Made by a program: the position numbers and the translations under genes. From Auanema rhodensis (lineage: Eukaryota; Animalia; Nematoda), in contig OZ059894.1 of NCBI GenBank assembly GCA_964057225.1, forward strand, positions 8,990,001 to 9,054,000: DNA of 64,000 nucleotides, given 5' to 3'. The stretch's first letter is position 1. Each line of letters begins with the position of its first letter. The notes under the pieces are model-generated. The model did not search any database, was not told where the DNA came from, and worked only from the letters and a program-made list of their open reading frames with translations. Shown here piece after piece: positions 16,001 to 29,507 of this stretch.

Positions 16001-17962
16001 AGAGCAACAGATATCGAAAGGTGAAAAAAAAGGAAGAGAGGCTGAAGTCATAGAAAAAGATAGAGAGAAATAATGAGAGAAAGATAGAGAGAGACAAAAA
16101 ATAAGAGAGAGAGAGAGAGAAAAAAAAGATCTTCATAGTATGTGCGTAAACGAAGCAGTGCATGGCAAGGGTAGAAATGTTTTATTTGTTCTCTGTAAAG
16201 CCAAGAGAAGACGGCTCTCATTCTTCTTCTTGCCTATCTGCTTCGTCTTAAGCTGAGAGAGCTTGGCTGCTATGCCTTTGTCGTCAGGCTCTCGTTCATC
16301 TATATTTCTCTCGATATTCTTTGATATTTTTTGAAATCGTACCAGTCCTCACAGATTGCTGCCTATCTCCAGCACTTATAGCAATGATTTCAAGCTTTTT
16401 CGCCAACAATATCCAATATTAGTGGCGAATCTTAAGGTTAGACTTTTCTGACGCGCGATATCAATCTTCCACCTAGTGAATATCCGCCACATGGGATCTA
16501 TCTCTTAAATGCAACTTGAATCAGAGCTTGATCGATATTGCTCACAGGAAACCAGAGTGATTGAGATGAAAAGAAAGAGGTGAGGAATAATGGAAGATTG
16601 AGTCCAAAAGACAAAGAAAACTTCGACTATTGAACTCACGAGAGACAGTCTCTCTTCTCTCGAGCTCATTCATACATCGTTCTTCTTTTCTGAATACTGG
16701 CCAACAAAAAACTGAAAATACTTCTACAGGTTTCATGCGTTTAAATTCAAAATATTTTTAAACTTATCACTTATTAATGTATTTTCAATTAAAATCTTCT
16801 CTACCAAATACATAGAACATAGTTTACTGACCCCAATTATCTTGTTTGTGAGTGTGATCACACGGCATTATATCCTATAATTACTATATTTCTCTATTAG
16901 ATTTGTTGTCTGAATATCATATACAAACCTTTATACCCCTTATTACCTACTCAGTGAGTAAATCTACATACAGACATGTGTGTCAGGTTGAATTATCAGA
17001 GACCTGTTCATAAGCCTAAATATAGCTGTTGTCATATGTATGTGGCAAGTGGCAGGTCAACGGCTGTACCTGGTTGTCAGCTATGACTTAATTGCTTCAG
17101 CTCCCTTCTTACTTCCTATATTCAATCAGATAAAGTAGCAGTTTCCTGAAGTACTTTGTTGTATTATCCCATTAAAACAGCCGAGAACCATCTTCTAATT
17201 GAATAACAGTTTGACTTGATGGATAATAAGAGGTGTAGGAGTGCTACCTAGTTGAGATTCATTAAGATTATTGGATATACTATTGATAGTCCTTATACGA
17301 GAGATGAGCATACTATCTACATAAGTGGCATTTTCTCTCTACAATTCTTATTGTCTATTACCTGAGAGTCTAACTCAAATACTGTTTGTTCCTTCTTCTG
17401 ATTGACCGCTACACAAACAAGAAGTCAGGCCATTCAACCAGTCCGTCATCATCTTCTATATATTAACATCATCAATGTTTCAAAACTGTTTCTCAAACCA
17501 CTTCATTCATCTTTTCATTGTTTTTCTCTCATCTACATCCAATATATAATCCCTCATTCCTTTTCTGTATCTCTAAATTCTCATTGGAATCTACACTGTT
17601 TTCTCTTTCTTACTCTTTGTCTCACAATTTCTCTCCTGTTACTACGCTTAGAACCAAATGTAGACCAATCTCAACCGTCCCGCCTTCATCTAAGCTTCTG
17701 AACATGTTCTCAATGAACGTACTCTTGCACTTACTATCAAACATTGTTCGTTTTCATTACTCATCCCAAGGATATTTGCTTTCGTATTTTTATTCAGTTA
17801 GTGCTCATCATAGCCCAGAAGGCTCAAAGTTTCCTCAAACATGACATTTATGTACTTCCAAGCATTTATTTTTAACTTTATTTGACATGTTTCTCAATAT
17901 TATAATTTTGTTCGTTCTTCTGTTATTAATTCTTTTCTTTTTTTCTTCAAATTCCTATTCTA

Positions 17963-17968
17963 TTTCAG
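17963..17968 (+). promoter_or_regulatory. TTTCAG splice or SL trans-splice acceptor 5 nt upstream of the ncx-2 ATG
   Basis: A pyrimidine-rich stretch is followed by tatttcag|ctcgaATG, the nematode acceptor consensus. Confidence 0.6.
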
Positions 17969-17973
17969 CTCGA

Positions 17974-20900
17974 ATGACTCGGCTGGGCCCGTGGCTGATA
18001 GCTGCGGTCGTGCTTCTGGCACTTGACAATGTCTCGGCTGGATCCAACTGTAGCGCAGCCGATGCTACCAAGAACTGCATCGACGGAATGGTTGTTCCTA
18101 TCTGGTAAAAGTTTGATTTTATTCACAAACAGCAATAGGAATAGAATACTTTAAGCTATTTTCAAAAATAAATGTTTGAAAAGTCCATCACTTGATGAGA
18201 AAGTTCATTCAACCGCGCATCTCTGTGCAATTTTCAAAAATAAAAACCAATACTCATGACAAATCCTCTTATTTCTGAAGTTTTTTGATGGTTTTTGTTT
18301 GAAACATTTTTCCACAAAAACTCTAGCAAAGTTTTCTGGAATAGCTTAATAAGACACAGATTTTTCGTGTGTATCATATATCAGACTGAATCTACCAGAT
18401 CCAGATGTTCAATGATTGACAGCCAATTTACAGACGATTCTGAATATTACCCTTCTGCAAACGAAAAAAATCAGAAAATTTAAAAGAAAAAACATACATT
18501 ATTGAATCAAATATCATATTTTACATGAAATAACTTACAGGAGACCATTTTTGGATCTGACTTTCGGTGACCGACTCTTTCGTGGAGCCATCTATTTCGT
18601 TATCATAGCATATCTTTTCGTAGGAATTTCCATTGTAGCTGATAGATTCATGAGTGGTATTGAAGTTATCACCAGGTAATTCATCAGCTTTTCAATGTTC
18701 TTGTATCTCAACAGCAATTTCTTTTAGTCAAGAACGAACTATTGTAGTCAAGAGACCAGGTCTTGATCCTGTACAGGTTCAAGTCCGGATATGGAACGAC
18801 ACTGTCTCTAACTTAACTTTGATGGCTCTTGGTATGTCACTCATAACTCAAACGAACATACATCTAACTCTCTCTGTGTTTTAAGGATCTTCTGCTCCTG
18901 AAATTCTGTTGTCTATCATTGAGGTTATCGCCAGAGGATTTGAAGCTGGAGATCTTGGACCAAACACTATTGTTGGTTCAGCTGCTTTCAACTTGTTCAT
19001 GATCATTGCTATTTGTGTCATGTGCATTCCAAAGGGTGAAGTACGTCGCCAGAAGCATTTGGACGTATTCTTCGTTACTGCTACCTGGTATGATAATGAG
19101 TTCAAACATATATTTCATGATTTGTTGTATTTCAGGTCAATTTTCGCTTACATCTGGCTCTACGCTATTCTCGCTGTTATTTCTCCAGGAGAGATTGAGA
19201 TTTGGGAAGGATTATTGACATTCAGTTTCTTCCCACTTACTGTTTTGACCGCTTGGGTTGCTGACATCAAGATTATCCAGGTAAGCCAATACAAATAAAT
19301 CATTTTCAAACTATATCCAAAATTTTCCAGACTCGCTTCCTTCCTCGTCGTTATCGTCGTGGATCCCACGGAATGATTGCTACCGAAGGCGAAGAGCTCA
19401 AAATGCTCGAAGGCAACGGAATATCTCAGGCATATAATGATTTTGCCCAGGTAGAATGGCACGACACGGTTTTCCTCTCTCTCTGTTCACTCTATTCCCT
19501 CTTGCTCATCAGCAAACTCTTTCTTTCTTTCAAGTTCTCTTATCTATAAGAGGTGTAGCATGTACAACATCAACTTGCAAAGAGTTTTCTAACAATAATT
19601 TCATTTGGCACAAATCTAAAACTCAAAACTACGTATCAATCAGATTTGTAGGATCAGAACACTTCTCTCATCCATACAATCATTTGGTTTTATTACCCGT
19701 TTTTTTCGTTTTTTTCCTTTCCTACTAAATGAATCCAACGTAATCTGAGCATTAAACAGGAATCAGAGATATGAGAAGAGAACCGGGCGTCTCGTTCTAC
19801 TGTTTTTTAAAAAATATAAAATTTTTCACCAATTAGAAAAGAGATGAAAATTTTAAAAAATTAAAATCAAATTATCTTGTGTTGAAATAAGAAGAAGAAG
19901 AAAATAGTTTTTCTTATCTTATTTTAAACTTTTAGATAACTAAAGTATATTCGACTCCTAGATCTGTAAGGAATCACTTCTGCTTTAATTTTTAATTTTT
20001 TTTTCCAACTTGCCTTTTGTAAAACTGCACTGCGCTTCTGTTTTTAGAATTGTTACTAGTTTGCAATCTACAGCTTTCAACATTTTTTTTTGATTCAACA
20101 CGCAAAACCTATCTTAATGTTTCTGTTCAAGCTGATATAATGCTGGTATTGTAGGGATGCGTCGATCCAGCTGTTCGCGCTTTCGAAGAACATCGTCAAG
20201 AGTTTATCGAGCTTATGAGAGAAATTCGTAAGCAAAATCCACACATTACTCCAACTGAATTACAAAAACAAGCTGAATATGAAATGATCAACCGGTATGA
20301 TGATTCTGTGGATTAGGGAGAAGGTCATCCTAATGCTTTCTTCCTGTTTCAGTGGACCCAAATCTCGTGCTTTCTACCGTGTTCAAGCTACTCGCAGATT
20401 GATTGGTGGAGGAGATATTGTGAAGAAGCGTATTGATAAGGAGCACAACAAAGCTCTTGATGCGGTAAGTGAACTTGCCTGATATTTTGGTTGTATGAGA
20501 CAGTTAATGATGCAAAGTCTCTCTAATATGGATTTTTTTTAAATCTGAGTGTTAAATGGCATGACATATACAAACTATATCTTCTGCTTTCTTCTTTTAA
20601 AATATTTTTTCTATCATTCTAATTATATTTCACTATTTTCTCTAATTCTTTTTTTTTTCTGTTTAAACAAATTTTTAATTTTTTTTTAATTTTTCACTTT
20701 TTTTTTCTCAAATTTAATCTGTTTTACTTACTTATTACTACACAGCAACTGATTCAAATTGGAAAGAAACGGCTGAAGCATCTTTATAGAAATGAGAATT
20801 GTATCGAAAATTGAATGCAAATGTTATAAAGAACCCAGAATGTAATGCATCTGATGGCTTCTATCTCATATCTTGTGCCGTGACTAACATGAACTCATTG

Positions 20901-23900
20901 ACGTAGTCTTCATATTTTGCAGTTGCTGCAGGCCCAAGAAAAGCAGAACCGTGAAAATACTTGCAAGATCTTCTTCGATCCTGCTCACTACACCGTCTTG
21001 GAGAATGTCGGTAGCTTTGATGTTATCGTCGGACGGTACGACAGGATTCTAATACAAGCATTGACATAAAGCTGTTTTAGTGACGGTGGACCAGAAGGAC
21101 TTACTGTTTTGGTTGATTATTATACTGAAGATGGCACTGCTAATGCTGGATCTGATTTCATTCCTGTTAAAGGAACTCTTACCTTCTACCCTGAGGATAA
21201 GCATCAGAAGATCAACATCGAAATTGTTGATGACGATGTGTTCGAAGAGGATGAGCACTTCTATCTTCATCTGAAGAACTTGCGTGTTCGCACTATGGTA
21301 AATTACAATTTGTATGACCTAACAACGATGTTATTGTTCTTCAGGATGGCCTTATCTTGGATCCTTCTCGAATTGGTGGACTTCCAGTTGCTCAACTTGA
21401 GATGCCAGCTACTGCTACTATTATGATTCTTGGTAAACTTTTTGAATAATGAATCCAAAAACATGATATTATGTCCTTTCAGATGATGACCATGCTGGAG
21501 TTTTCTCATTCGAGCACGATCACTTCCAGGTTATTGAAAGCTGTGGACACCTCTCATTGAAGGTACAACGTCACTCTGGAGCTCGTGGAAAGGTTGTCAT
21601 TCCATACAGGTATGAAGCAAATTTATATATGATCATATGATTAGAGAAAGCTTCTAAGAGGTTACTGTATAGTTAGTGTTTGAGAGTTTAGGTGCACAAA
21701 CTAGCTGTGTGATAGTTTTTGATGCTTACATCTTTATCCACTTAGCTTTACCATAGTTCAAGTCAAAATTTGAACTGTGCTACGAACCGTCTAACCTTCG
21801 ATTTTCATTCTGCCGTTCGAAGTCTTAATGCGACTCACCGCGGACATCGTTAACTTTTTTTGTTCTACCAAAAGCATTGACGATGAGAGGATGGTAAAAC
21901 TTGGAAATGAGAAGAAGGCAAATGGTTTATCCAGCATATATCTCTCTATCTTCTTTCGTTATCCACTACTTTGCTGTTTGCCAAGCCCTGAATTGTGTAC
22001 ACGTCACCAAGACCTTAACTCTGTTTGTTTTCAACTCGAATAGACTTCCCCTGATGAGCATTCGGCGCTTCAGAAGACGAAGCACTAGAAGATGTAATAG
22101 ATTTCTAAGTTGGATTTGGATGAGTGCTGACGACGAGAAAGACGAGAAAGCTTCGATAGATTCGAGAAAAAAGAATGTATGAAGAGATAGAAAAGATTGA
22201 ACTACCATGTTGATAGAGAAACAGACAAATGAGAAGCAAATGAAGATGTGTGGGGTGAAGAATAGTGCCAAAACGTATTCTCAAGTGATGAAATGATAGA
22301 TAAACGTTGAAGATAATTGATCTTATGAACTTTCAGAACCATGGATGGATCTGCTATTGGAGAGAAACACTTCGAGTCCAAGGAGGGTGAGATCGTTTTC
22401 GACGACAATCAAACTGAGTATGTATATTGAGCTGATGCACATCATGCCTCGCAGTATTCTGTACTGTAGTCAGGAATAATCATCAGACACACATGAGAAA
22501 GAACATAATTATTAGAACTTTTCATTTACAGGGCTTACATCGAATTAGGAATTATGGATACTGAGCAATATGAGCGTTCTGATTACTTCTTCATCGAATT
22601 GTCCCCACCTATCTGGACTAAGAAGATGAACGGTACGTGAAAACAGAACAACAGAATTTTGATGAAAATAATTTGGAAATACATCAGATAAACAAAGGAA
22701 AAACAAAATTTGAAAAAAAGAGCTCTAAAAGACACTTTTCTTCTTCTATTCATAACTATCTTACTCGTTCTTCTATTCTATTCTTGAAGCACATAAATAG
22801 ATTGTGATTGTCAAATCAGTAGTAGAGAACTTCTTATCGTTAAACATGACATTTCATTTTGAATTCTAAATATATTCTTGGAAATATAAACGAAATGCTT
22901 AACGATATGATGTGATTGAAGAAGATTATGAAAATTTTATCAATTTGCACTTTTTTTCAATTGCATTGCATCGCTTTTGTGACTTGTTGTGGTGCAAACT
23001 TAGAAGTCATACAGCAGTTCAGAAGTTTATTAGACACTTATCTTTGAGAAAAAGATAATTATTTAATTAAATTTTTGTTCTCTGAATATACATAAATGGA
23101 AATTCATCATCGGATATCAGTCAGCGATTAAGCTATAACGTGTTGTGTTTGTCAGATCTCAGCAAAGTGCAGGAACGATTCCAACGTCGCATGGAGCAGA
23201 AGCGTGCAGCTTCCGTCGCCTCAGACAACACCGAACAAGGTGCTTCTTCTAATCTAATTCAGTTACACCACGTTCCCCTGCTCCCATATCCTTTCAAAGA
23301 TTTACCTTCATATACTATATTTCACCTTTCGTATTTGTTTCAAGCACGATTTTGAAAATCACCTTCCTTCACGTATTGAAGATATGATATATATTGAAAT
23401 TTTTAAAGAATTTAACTAAAAGAAAGTACCATATCTTCAATTAACCCTAATATATTTACCTCTTCTACTTCTATCAAGCCTGTCCTTTTTAGCAAAAAGT
23501 CCCACACCTCGCGCACAATCCACCGATTTACTTCATGTAGATCCCAACTCCGACAGAGCTGTGTCCGCTTCCCCGAATCTTCACGACAGATTCCGGAAAC
23601 GGGTCGGTTCATGGATTCAAGGCATGAAAGGTTAAACCTTTTATATTCGTTGTATATGTTTCAGTGTCAATGTGTATGTGCATTTGAATATTTGTGAAGT
23701 CGTTTATCGTCGATTGTCTTCTGTGCTGCAATTGCATGCAAAGCTTTCTAATGTCACGTGTGCTTCTAACCCCTAACTCTTAAATTGAACCTCAATGTTT
23801 TTTACTTAGTTAAAACACTTTGCATTCATATATGTGACCGGCATTTGGAACTGTAATTCTTGATTCTAATGATGTTCAGACGATCAAGAATGCATTCCGA

Positions 23901-25049
23901 TGCCGACCTGAAGAGATGTTAATAATCGTAATTCTTTAAGGAAGTGACGAACAAATCCAAAACTTGACTGCTGATCAGCTTGAAATTGCTGAGCTCGGAA
24001 AGCCACGTCTCGGAGATTTCATTAAATGCCAGATCACTATCTCAGAATCTAAGGAATTCCAGGTATAGATACATCAAGATATATGCTGTAAGAACACAAT
24101 TCTGTTTGTAGGGTATTGTTGACCGTATGATCAAGAATGCTAACACCAAGCTCATGTTGGGAACTTCTTCATGGAGAGAACAATTCATTGAGGCTTTGAC
24201 TGTCAGCGCTGGAGATGATGATGAGGAGGATGAGGATGAAGATGGCGAGAGAAGCGAGAACGGAGAGCCAGCTCAGCCAACCACCATGGATTACGTTATG
24301 CATTTCATCACTGTTCCATGGAAGCTTGCTTTCGCTCTTATTCCACCAACTGGTAAGAGTATCTCCAAGTTTCAACTAATTAAGATGTAAAAATTTAAGA
24401 TTACTGGGGTGGATGGGCTTGCTTCACTGTTTCCATCGCTATGATTGGAGTATTGACCGCTGTTGTGGGAGATTTGGCTTCTCAATTCGGTTGCTGGGTC
24501 GGACTCAAGGATGCTGTAACAGCTATCTCCTTTGTCGCTCTCGGAACATCTGTTCCAGGTAAAACAACGTCCTACCAATTTATCAGCTTAATCATCCATT
24601 TTCAGATACATTCGCTTCCAAGGTATCTGCTGTTCAAGACAAGTACGCCGATAATGCCGTTGGTAACGTAACCGGATCTAATGCCGTTAACGTTTTCCTC
24701 GGAATCGGTATTGCCTGGTCTATGGCTGCCATCTACCACGCCATGAACGGATCTAAGTTCCTTGTCGATCCTGGAAGTCTCGGATTCTCTGTACTCATCT
24801 TCTGTCTTGGAGCTGTCGTTTGCATTGTTGTTATTGTATTAAGAAGAGGAAAACTAGTAGGAGGAGAATTGGGAGGACCAATGGGATTCAGAGTAAGTTA
24901 TTTGTTTTGTTTTTCTTCAAAGTTCAAAAGAAACATTTACATAACATATCATATTTCAGTTCTTAACTTCTGGATTATTCTTATCCATATGGCTCATGTA
25001 CTTACTTCTGTCTTCCCTCGAAGCCTACTGTATTATTCCCGGCTTCTAA
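17974..25049 (+). CDS. ncx-2: Na+/Ca2+ exchanger (SLC8/NCX family), multi-exon
   Basis: Exons joined in frame at GT-AG sites: 17974-18104, 18541-18675, 18728-18831, 18886-19087, 19136-19280, 19331-19450, 20155-20294, 20353-20464, 20923-21035, 21081-21297, 21345-21432, 21483-21609, 22337-22417, 22532-22632, 23156-23239, 23493-23630, 23941-24062, 24112-24352, 24400-24558, 24606-24892, 24960-25049. Contains a signal peptide (MTRLGPWLIAAVVLL), alpha-1 repeat (LMALGSSAPE...GSAAFN), XIP-like RFLPRRYRR, two Calx-beta domains (IVDDDVFEEDEHF; ILDDDHAG) and alpha-2 repeat (ALGTSVPDTFAS...NVTGSNAVN). The N-terminus AGSNCSAADATKNCIDG matches my recollection of C. elegans NCX-2. Confidence 0.95.
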
Positions 25050-26118
25050 ACTCTACCACACTCAGAGTTGATTCCGGGTCTCAATACAGGCGGACCTTAT
25101 CGTCCTACAAACTTTTTTACAGTAATCAGAAGCTCATCATAAAAGCAATAAAAACCCTATATGAAGCTTATTCAGCTTGTGGATGCCTACTCTCTCTCTG
25201 TTTCGATTTTTAATTTTTTTTTGGAAATTCAAAGTAGCAAGCTCGTTCACGAGAAAAAGCTTCATATTGCTGGTTAGCTATCACTAGCCAGGAATAGCAG
25301 TTTGTTGAGCGGGTATCTCACCTGAATGGCATTCAGACCTTCTTCAGTTTCCACATCTAATTCGCTTATGATGTCTTTGACATGTGTCTTATCGATTTTT
25401 TTTAAATTTTCTCTTTTTTTGTTCTTGTATCTGATTAATTTTTCGAAAAAATACCTTCAGACGCATTAAACAGCAGCTAGGTCCCTATTTAGGCAATTTG
25501 TCTACGTGTTTCTTCTCATTTGAGCAGTCATATCCTGAATTCTTACATGAACATATCATAATCCATGTCGTGAAATTTGAGATCCAACCACCGGACCAGA
25601 TTCAGATGCTGATATGACTTGTTGAGAATCGGTAATGCTATTGCTCTCCTCAGTCCTCTTCTCTTGTTGGTCATGATCCATGGTGCCTATTTTTTTTTGT
25701 CAAAGATTTTTATATGATCCTTTATAGATTTTATATTCAGATATTATACTTTTTTTATATTATATAAGCTTATCATTATCTCTGTTGTTGTCACTGTCGA
25801 AGATGTCTCTACATCATCCAATAGCTTGCTTGAATCTCCCTCATTCAGGGAATCTATTCTTACTCATCTCTTCTGTTTTTTTTTCTATCTTTATACATAT
25901 ATTCTACTATGCCTTATGTGCAAAGTAGTAGTTCATCAGTCAGATGTTTCTTCAGCTTTCCACTACTTCTTACTACGTTAGTACCAGATAATAGATGCGT
26001 TTTTTCCTTATTTTTTACATCTTCTTCTTCTTCTTTTACTGCTAACTATGCATTTTCTCATTAAATCCAAGAGACTTCGACACATCTCCAGATACGTTCA
26101 GTTCGAGTTATATTCAAC

Positions 26119-26124
26119 AATAAA
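26119..26124 (+). terminator. Putative polyadenylation signal of ncx-2 (about 1.1 kb 3'UTR)
   Basis: AATAAA followed by T-rich sequence. An earlier AATAAA near 25147 may be a proximal site. Confidence 0.4.
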
Positions 26125-27798
26125 TTTGTCTTTGAAATAATGTTTACATGATGAAGTTTTATTGAAGTAACAAACATACACAGATATATTTCAATTTAGA
26201 ATGTTTTAGAATGAAAAATGAAAAATATTTGCCAAATGAAATTTAATTCAATCAAAAAAAAACTTTTCGAACTCTCAATTGTAGTTCACGTGCTTACCAT
26301 GCTTACGGGGATGCCCTTATCATGTTAACTGATTCCATCTTATATCAGTACATCAGTACAACGATTGACTGACAAATATGTGGTTTTCAAGAAGGATTGA
26401 AGATACATTGAAAATCGGTACAGATTAAAACTTCTATCACTTGATATAACATCACAGAACACAGAATCTGTAAAGAAAGTTATCAATTTTGACTTTTTTT
26501 CAAACAAAACTTGAAGAAAACGCGGTTAGCAAAGAAAAAAATTGATTTGATTTGTAAATATTGAAAACAACCGTTCTTCATACAAAAGTCTCCGAAAATA
26601 AAAAATACATTTGAAACACGCTGTATCACGTGGAAATTCTACACGTAATTTCTGATAGAAAAATGATGACAAAGATTTTTTTGAAAATCTCTTAAACTTA
26701 GTTTAAATTTGGATTAGCGTGCAAAAGGAGAAAGAACGAATGAATGAAAGAGAGGAAAAGAAAAAGAGAGGAGAAGAGAAAGAAAAAAAGAGAGCGGATA
26801 AGGACTTTGGAAGTTTTATAGAACATGGTCAAAGAGGAACAGAACGATCGCCAATATGTCAATGAAAAAAGAATAAAGCTAATCACACTGAATATCAATC
26901 ATTGTTGTTACAAGCGCGTGGTGTATCTGATGTTCGTAAAGCATTCTTTTTCATTGTCTACGTGAATTATATTCAACTAATAAGTTTAGAATTGAATATA
27001 TTTAAAAATCACGTAAAATGTTGTTTTTCATATAGATTATCATGAGAAAATGAATGTACTAAAGATAAAATAAATGTTATTTGCTGTTTTAATTTGCCAT
27101 TTTCAATCAAATGTTCAATTTTTCTATATAATCGTTATCATGTTTTGCAAGTTTCACATCAACTCATCAGCATATATGCCCAGATTTCTTGTAAACATCA
27201 TTCAGTTGATACTCTTTTAGTTGTAAGCTTCTATTTATATGTTCTATGTAAGGAACTCCCACTGTCCTTTCTTTCGTTTCTCAGAAGAAAATGTCACCAT
27301 AATCTTAGCCATTCCCTCCCTCTATCCACCCACAACTCTACTTCTTCATAGAATTTCTTTAAATAATAGACCGGATTAGCAATAATCTAGCTTTGGTCAT
27401 TGAAAATACAGGGACTAATTCAAAACAAATTATCGTATACTTTTTTGAAAATTTATGATGACTAGATAGATAAACAGTGAAAAAGAGAGATAAGAAAATT
27501 ATTCTTATTAGAACATCTATACAAAGAACAATAAAAAAATACAAAACTCAGAACCAAATCAAGATTCTGAATTAAATGAATGACTTATTATACAAGAGTA
27601 TAAACCAAAATCACAAACATTAACTTCTTATAATTTTGATCATAGTGTGCATGAGTATCTATACAGCACATACAATTCTGGCACCAGTTGAAAAGTGGGG
27701 GTAGTCAGGTTTGTTTCTGAAAAAACTGCCGTTTAGTGGGCACTAAGTGGATTTTTTTTCATATTCAACATAATACTGAACTCTTAAAACATATTTAC

Positions 27799-28891
27799 CT
27801 AACAATAGTCTGGAGGAGGCACAGATGATGGCATAGTAAAGAACAACTTGAGTCGGAAAGCATCTTTGCCATTTAAGTAGTATCTGAAGATATCACAATG
27901 AAATAATTATTTTTAGCTTAGTAGAGCAACCTAATCAATCTCTTATCTCTGATAAAACCAAGTTTGGAGTATAAACCTTGAGCAGTGAGATTATCAACCT
28001 GGAAATAACATGATATTGAAGAGCACAATAAGATTAGTAGTAATTACCTCAGTTTCTAAATAAACTTCATCGCAACCTTGAGACTGCATGTTTCTAATTG
28101 CGCGTGATACTAATTTGGTTCCTGAAAGAAAAAGTATAAGAGAAGAAAGATTAAGTGATAAACCTAGTCCTTGTCTTCGCAAAGAAGCATCAATTGCTAG
28201 CATAGCAATATATCCTCTCTTTCGATTATCGGAATGAATCTCTACTTTTCCAACAACAGCTCCAACAATAGCATCTCTGGTTTTATCGAATGCCTAAGAT
28301 ATCTAAATCAATAACGCAAAGAAAGAAAAGCATTTCTATAATTGTAGAATGCAACCGTTCGGTAACTCAGAATATGAAAAAATAAGAAAAAGACAGTATA
28401 TTACAAACGTATGATTTTCCTGAATGAAAAAAACTAGAAAACTCACAAGTATACATAATTCTGGCCAAATATGTACGAAGAATCGGTATGTATAAATAGA
28501 ATAAGGTTCGCTCAAATCTTTTGTCATGAGACGCATTATATCCGTTAAATTAGTCTCGTCCTGTCAAGAAAGATGATGAGAAGGTGATAAGAAGAAATGA
28601 TCAAAACCTTGTATTGAACAAGCTCGATGCTTTGTCCTAATGGATCAAGTGGATCATCTTCACTAAGGTAATGTTGACAATGGGGCCAAAGTGAACCATC
28701 AGGCATGCTATTTGGTAATGTTTCTGTTGCAGATGCTATCTTAAAAGAATTCCCATCAAAATTTCATGCTGACCAAATATTACCTGCTTTTCTGGACAAC
28801 TTGGACCAGGTTTAGCTATTTGACGACATCGCTCCAAAATATTAATAACGGCATCTACAGTTTTTACCCTATCATCCATTCCAACGGCCAT
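27799..28891 (-). CDS. NAA30: N-alpha-acetyltransferase 30 (NatC catalytic subunit, MAK3/natc-2-like)
   Basis: Spliced product MAVGMDDRV...[29 protein letters not shown]...[23 protein letters not shown]...[46 protein letters not shown]...PDYC*. These are diagnostic Naa30 GNAT motifs. A TTTTAG acceptor lies just before the ATG. Confidence 0.95.
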
Positions 28892-29261
28892 TTGCTAAAA
28901 AAATACAAAATGAAAACATAAAATACAAAATTCAAATATAATATTATTCATATTATTCAAACAGAAAAATGAAGAAATTTTTTTACGAGAAGAAATTCAG
29001 TAAAATTTTAAACTCAAGCTGCAGATTACACAAAAATATGTACGTGATTGCGTATAAATTATGAAGAAGAGTTTCAGAGAAATGCTGTAACTCCTTAACA
29101 ATGGCCTGTTGTACTATAAGTTTTAGGGAATCGCTAAGACTAAGCATCTACATTGAAATGGAAATATTGGTGAAATGAAAGATTGATAGGCATTCATCGT
29201 ATTTATTTCTTGTTCCCAAGAAGGGGCGGGTCAAAGCAGTTTGTCGCTAGTATGTAGCACT

Positions 29262-29507
29262 GAGCTAAAGAGAGCAACACCTAGCGCCGCCCAATTTATT
29301 GGGTGGAGAAAGGGTGGGGGTTGGGTAAAGGCTATCTCTTTAAAACGTAAACGAGATTTGATGGAGCGGTGAATCCCAAGAATATGGGCTGTTTTGCAAA
29401 GAGATGTACCATTTTTCTTGATGAAATGTGGGCATCCTCCATGAGACAATTAACGTGCTTGAGACATGCTGTCTCATCAGTGGACGTTGCACCTACAGTC
29501 ACTCCCT
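29262..29507 (-). ncRNA. Candidate structured non-coding element, copy 1 (paralog of 35832-36050)
   Basis: Shares collinear blocks with copy 2: GACAGCAT, G[AT]TGCCCAC, CAAGAAAA, CAAATCTCGTTTA and a 3' block with 35/43 identity. G-U pairs in the predicted stems favour the minus strand. RNA status is inferred. Confidence 0.45.

Noticed and set aside
16399-16429. Hairpin TTCGCCA...TGGCGAA
   Set aside because: Too short for a pre-miRNA and has no other support.
19430-19450. Possible in-frame GC donor 21 nt upstream of the GT donor in ncx-2
   Set aside because: The context CAG|GCATAT is weak for a GC-AG intron and cannot be supported without reads.
25050-25142. About 30 open codons after the ncx-2 stop (possible readthrough)
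   Set aside because: TAA-A is a non-leaky stop context, and the length is compatible with chance.
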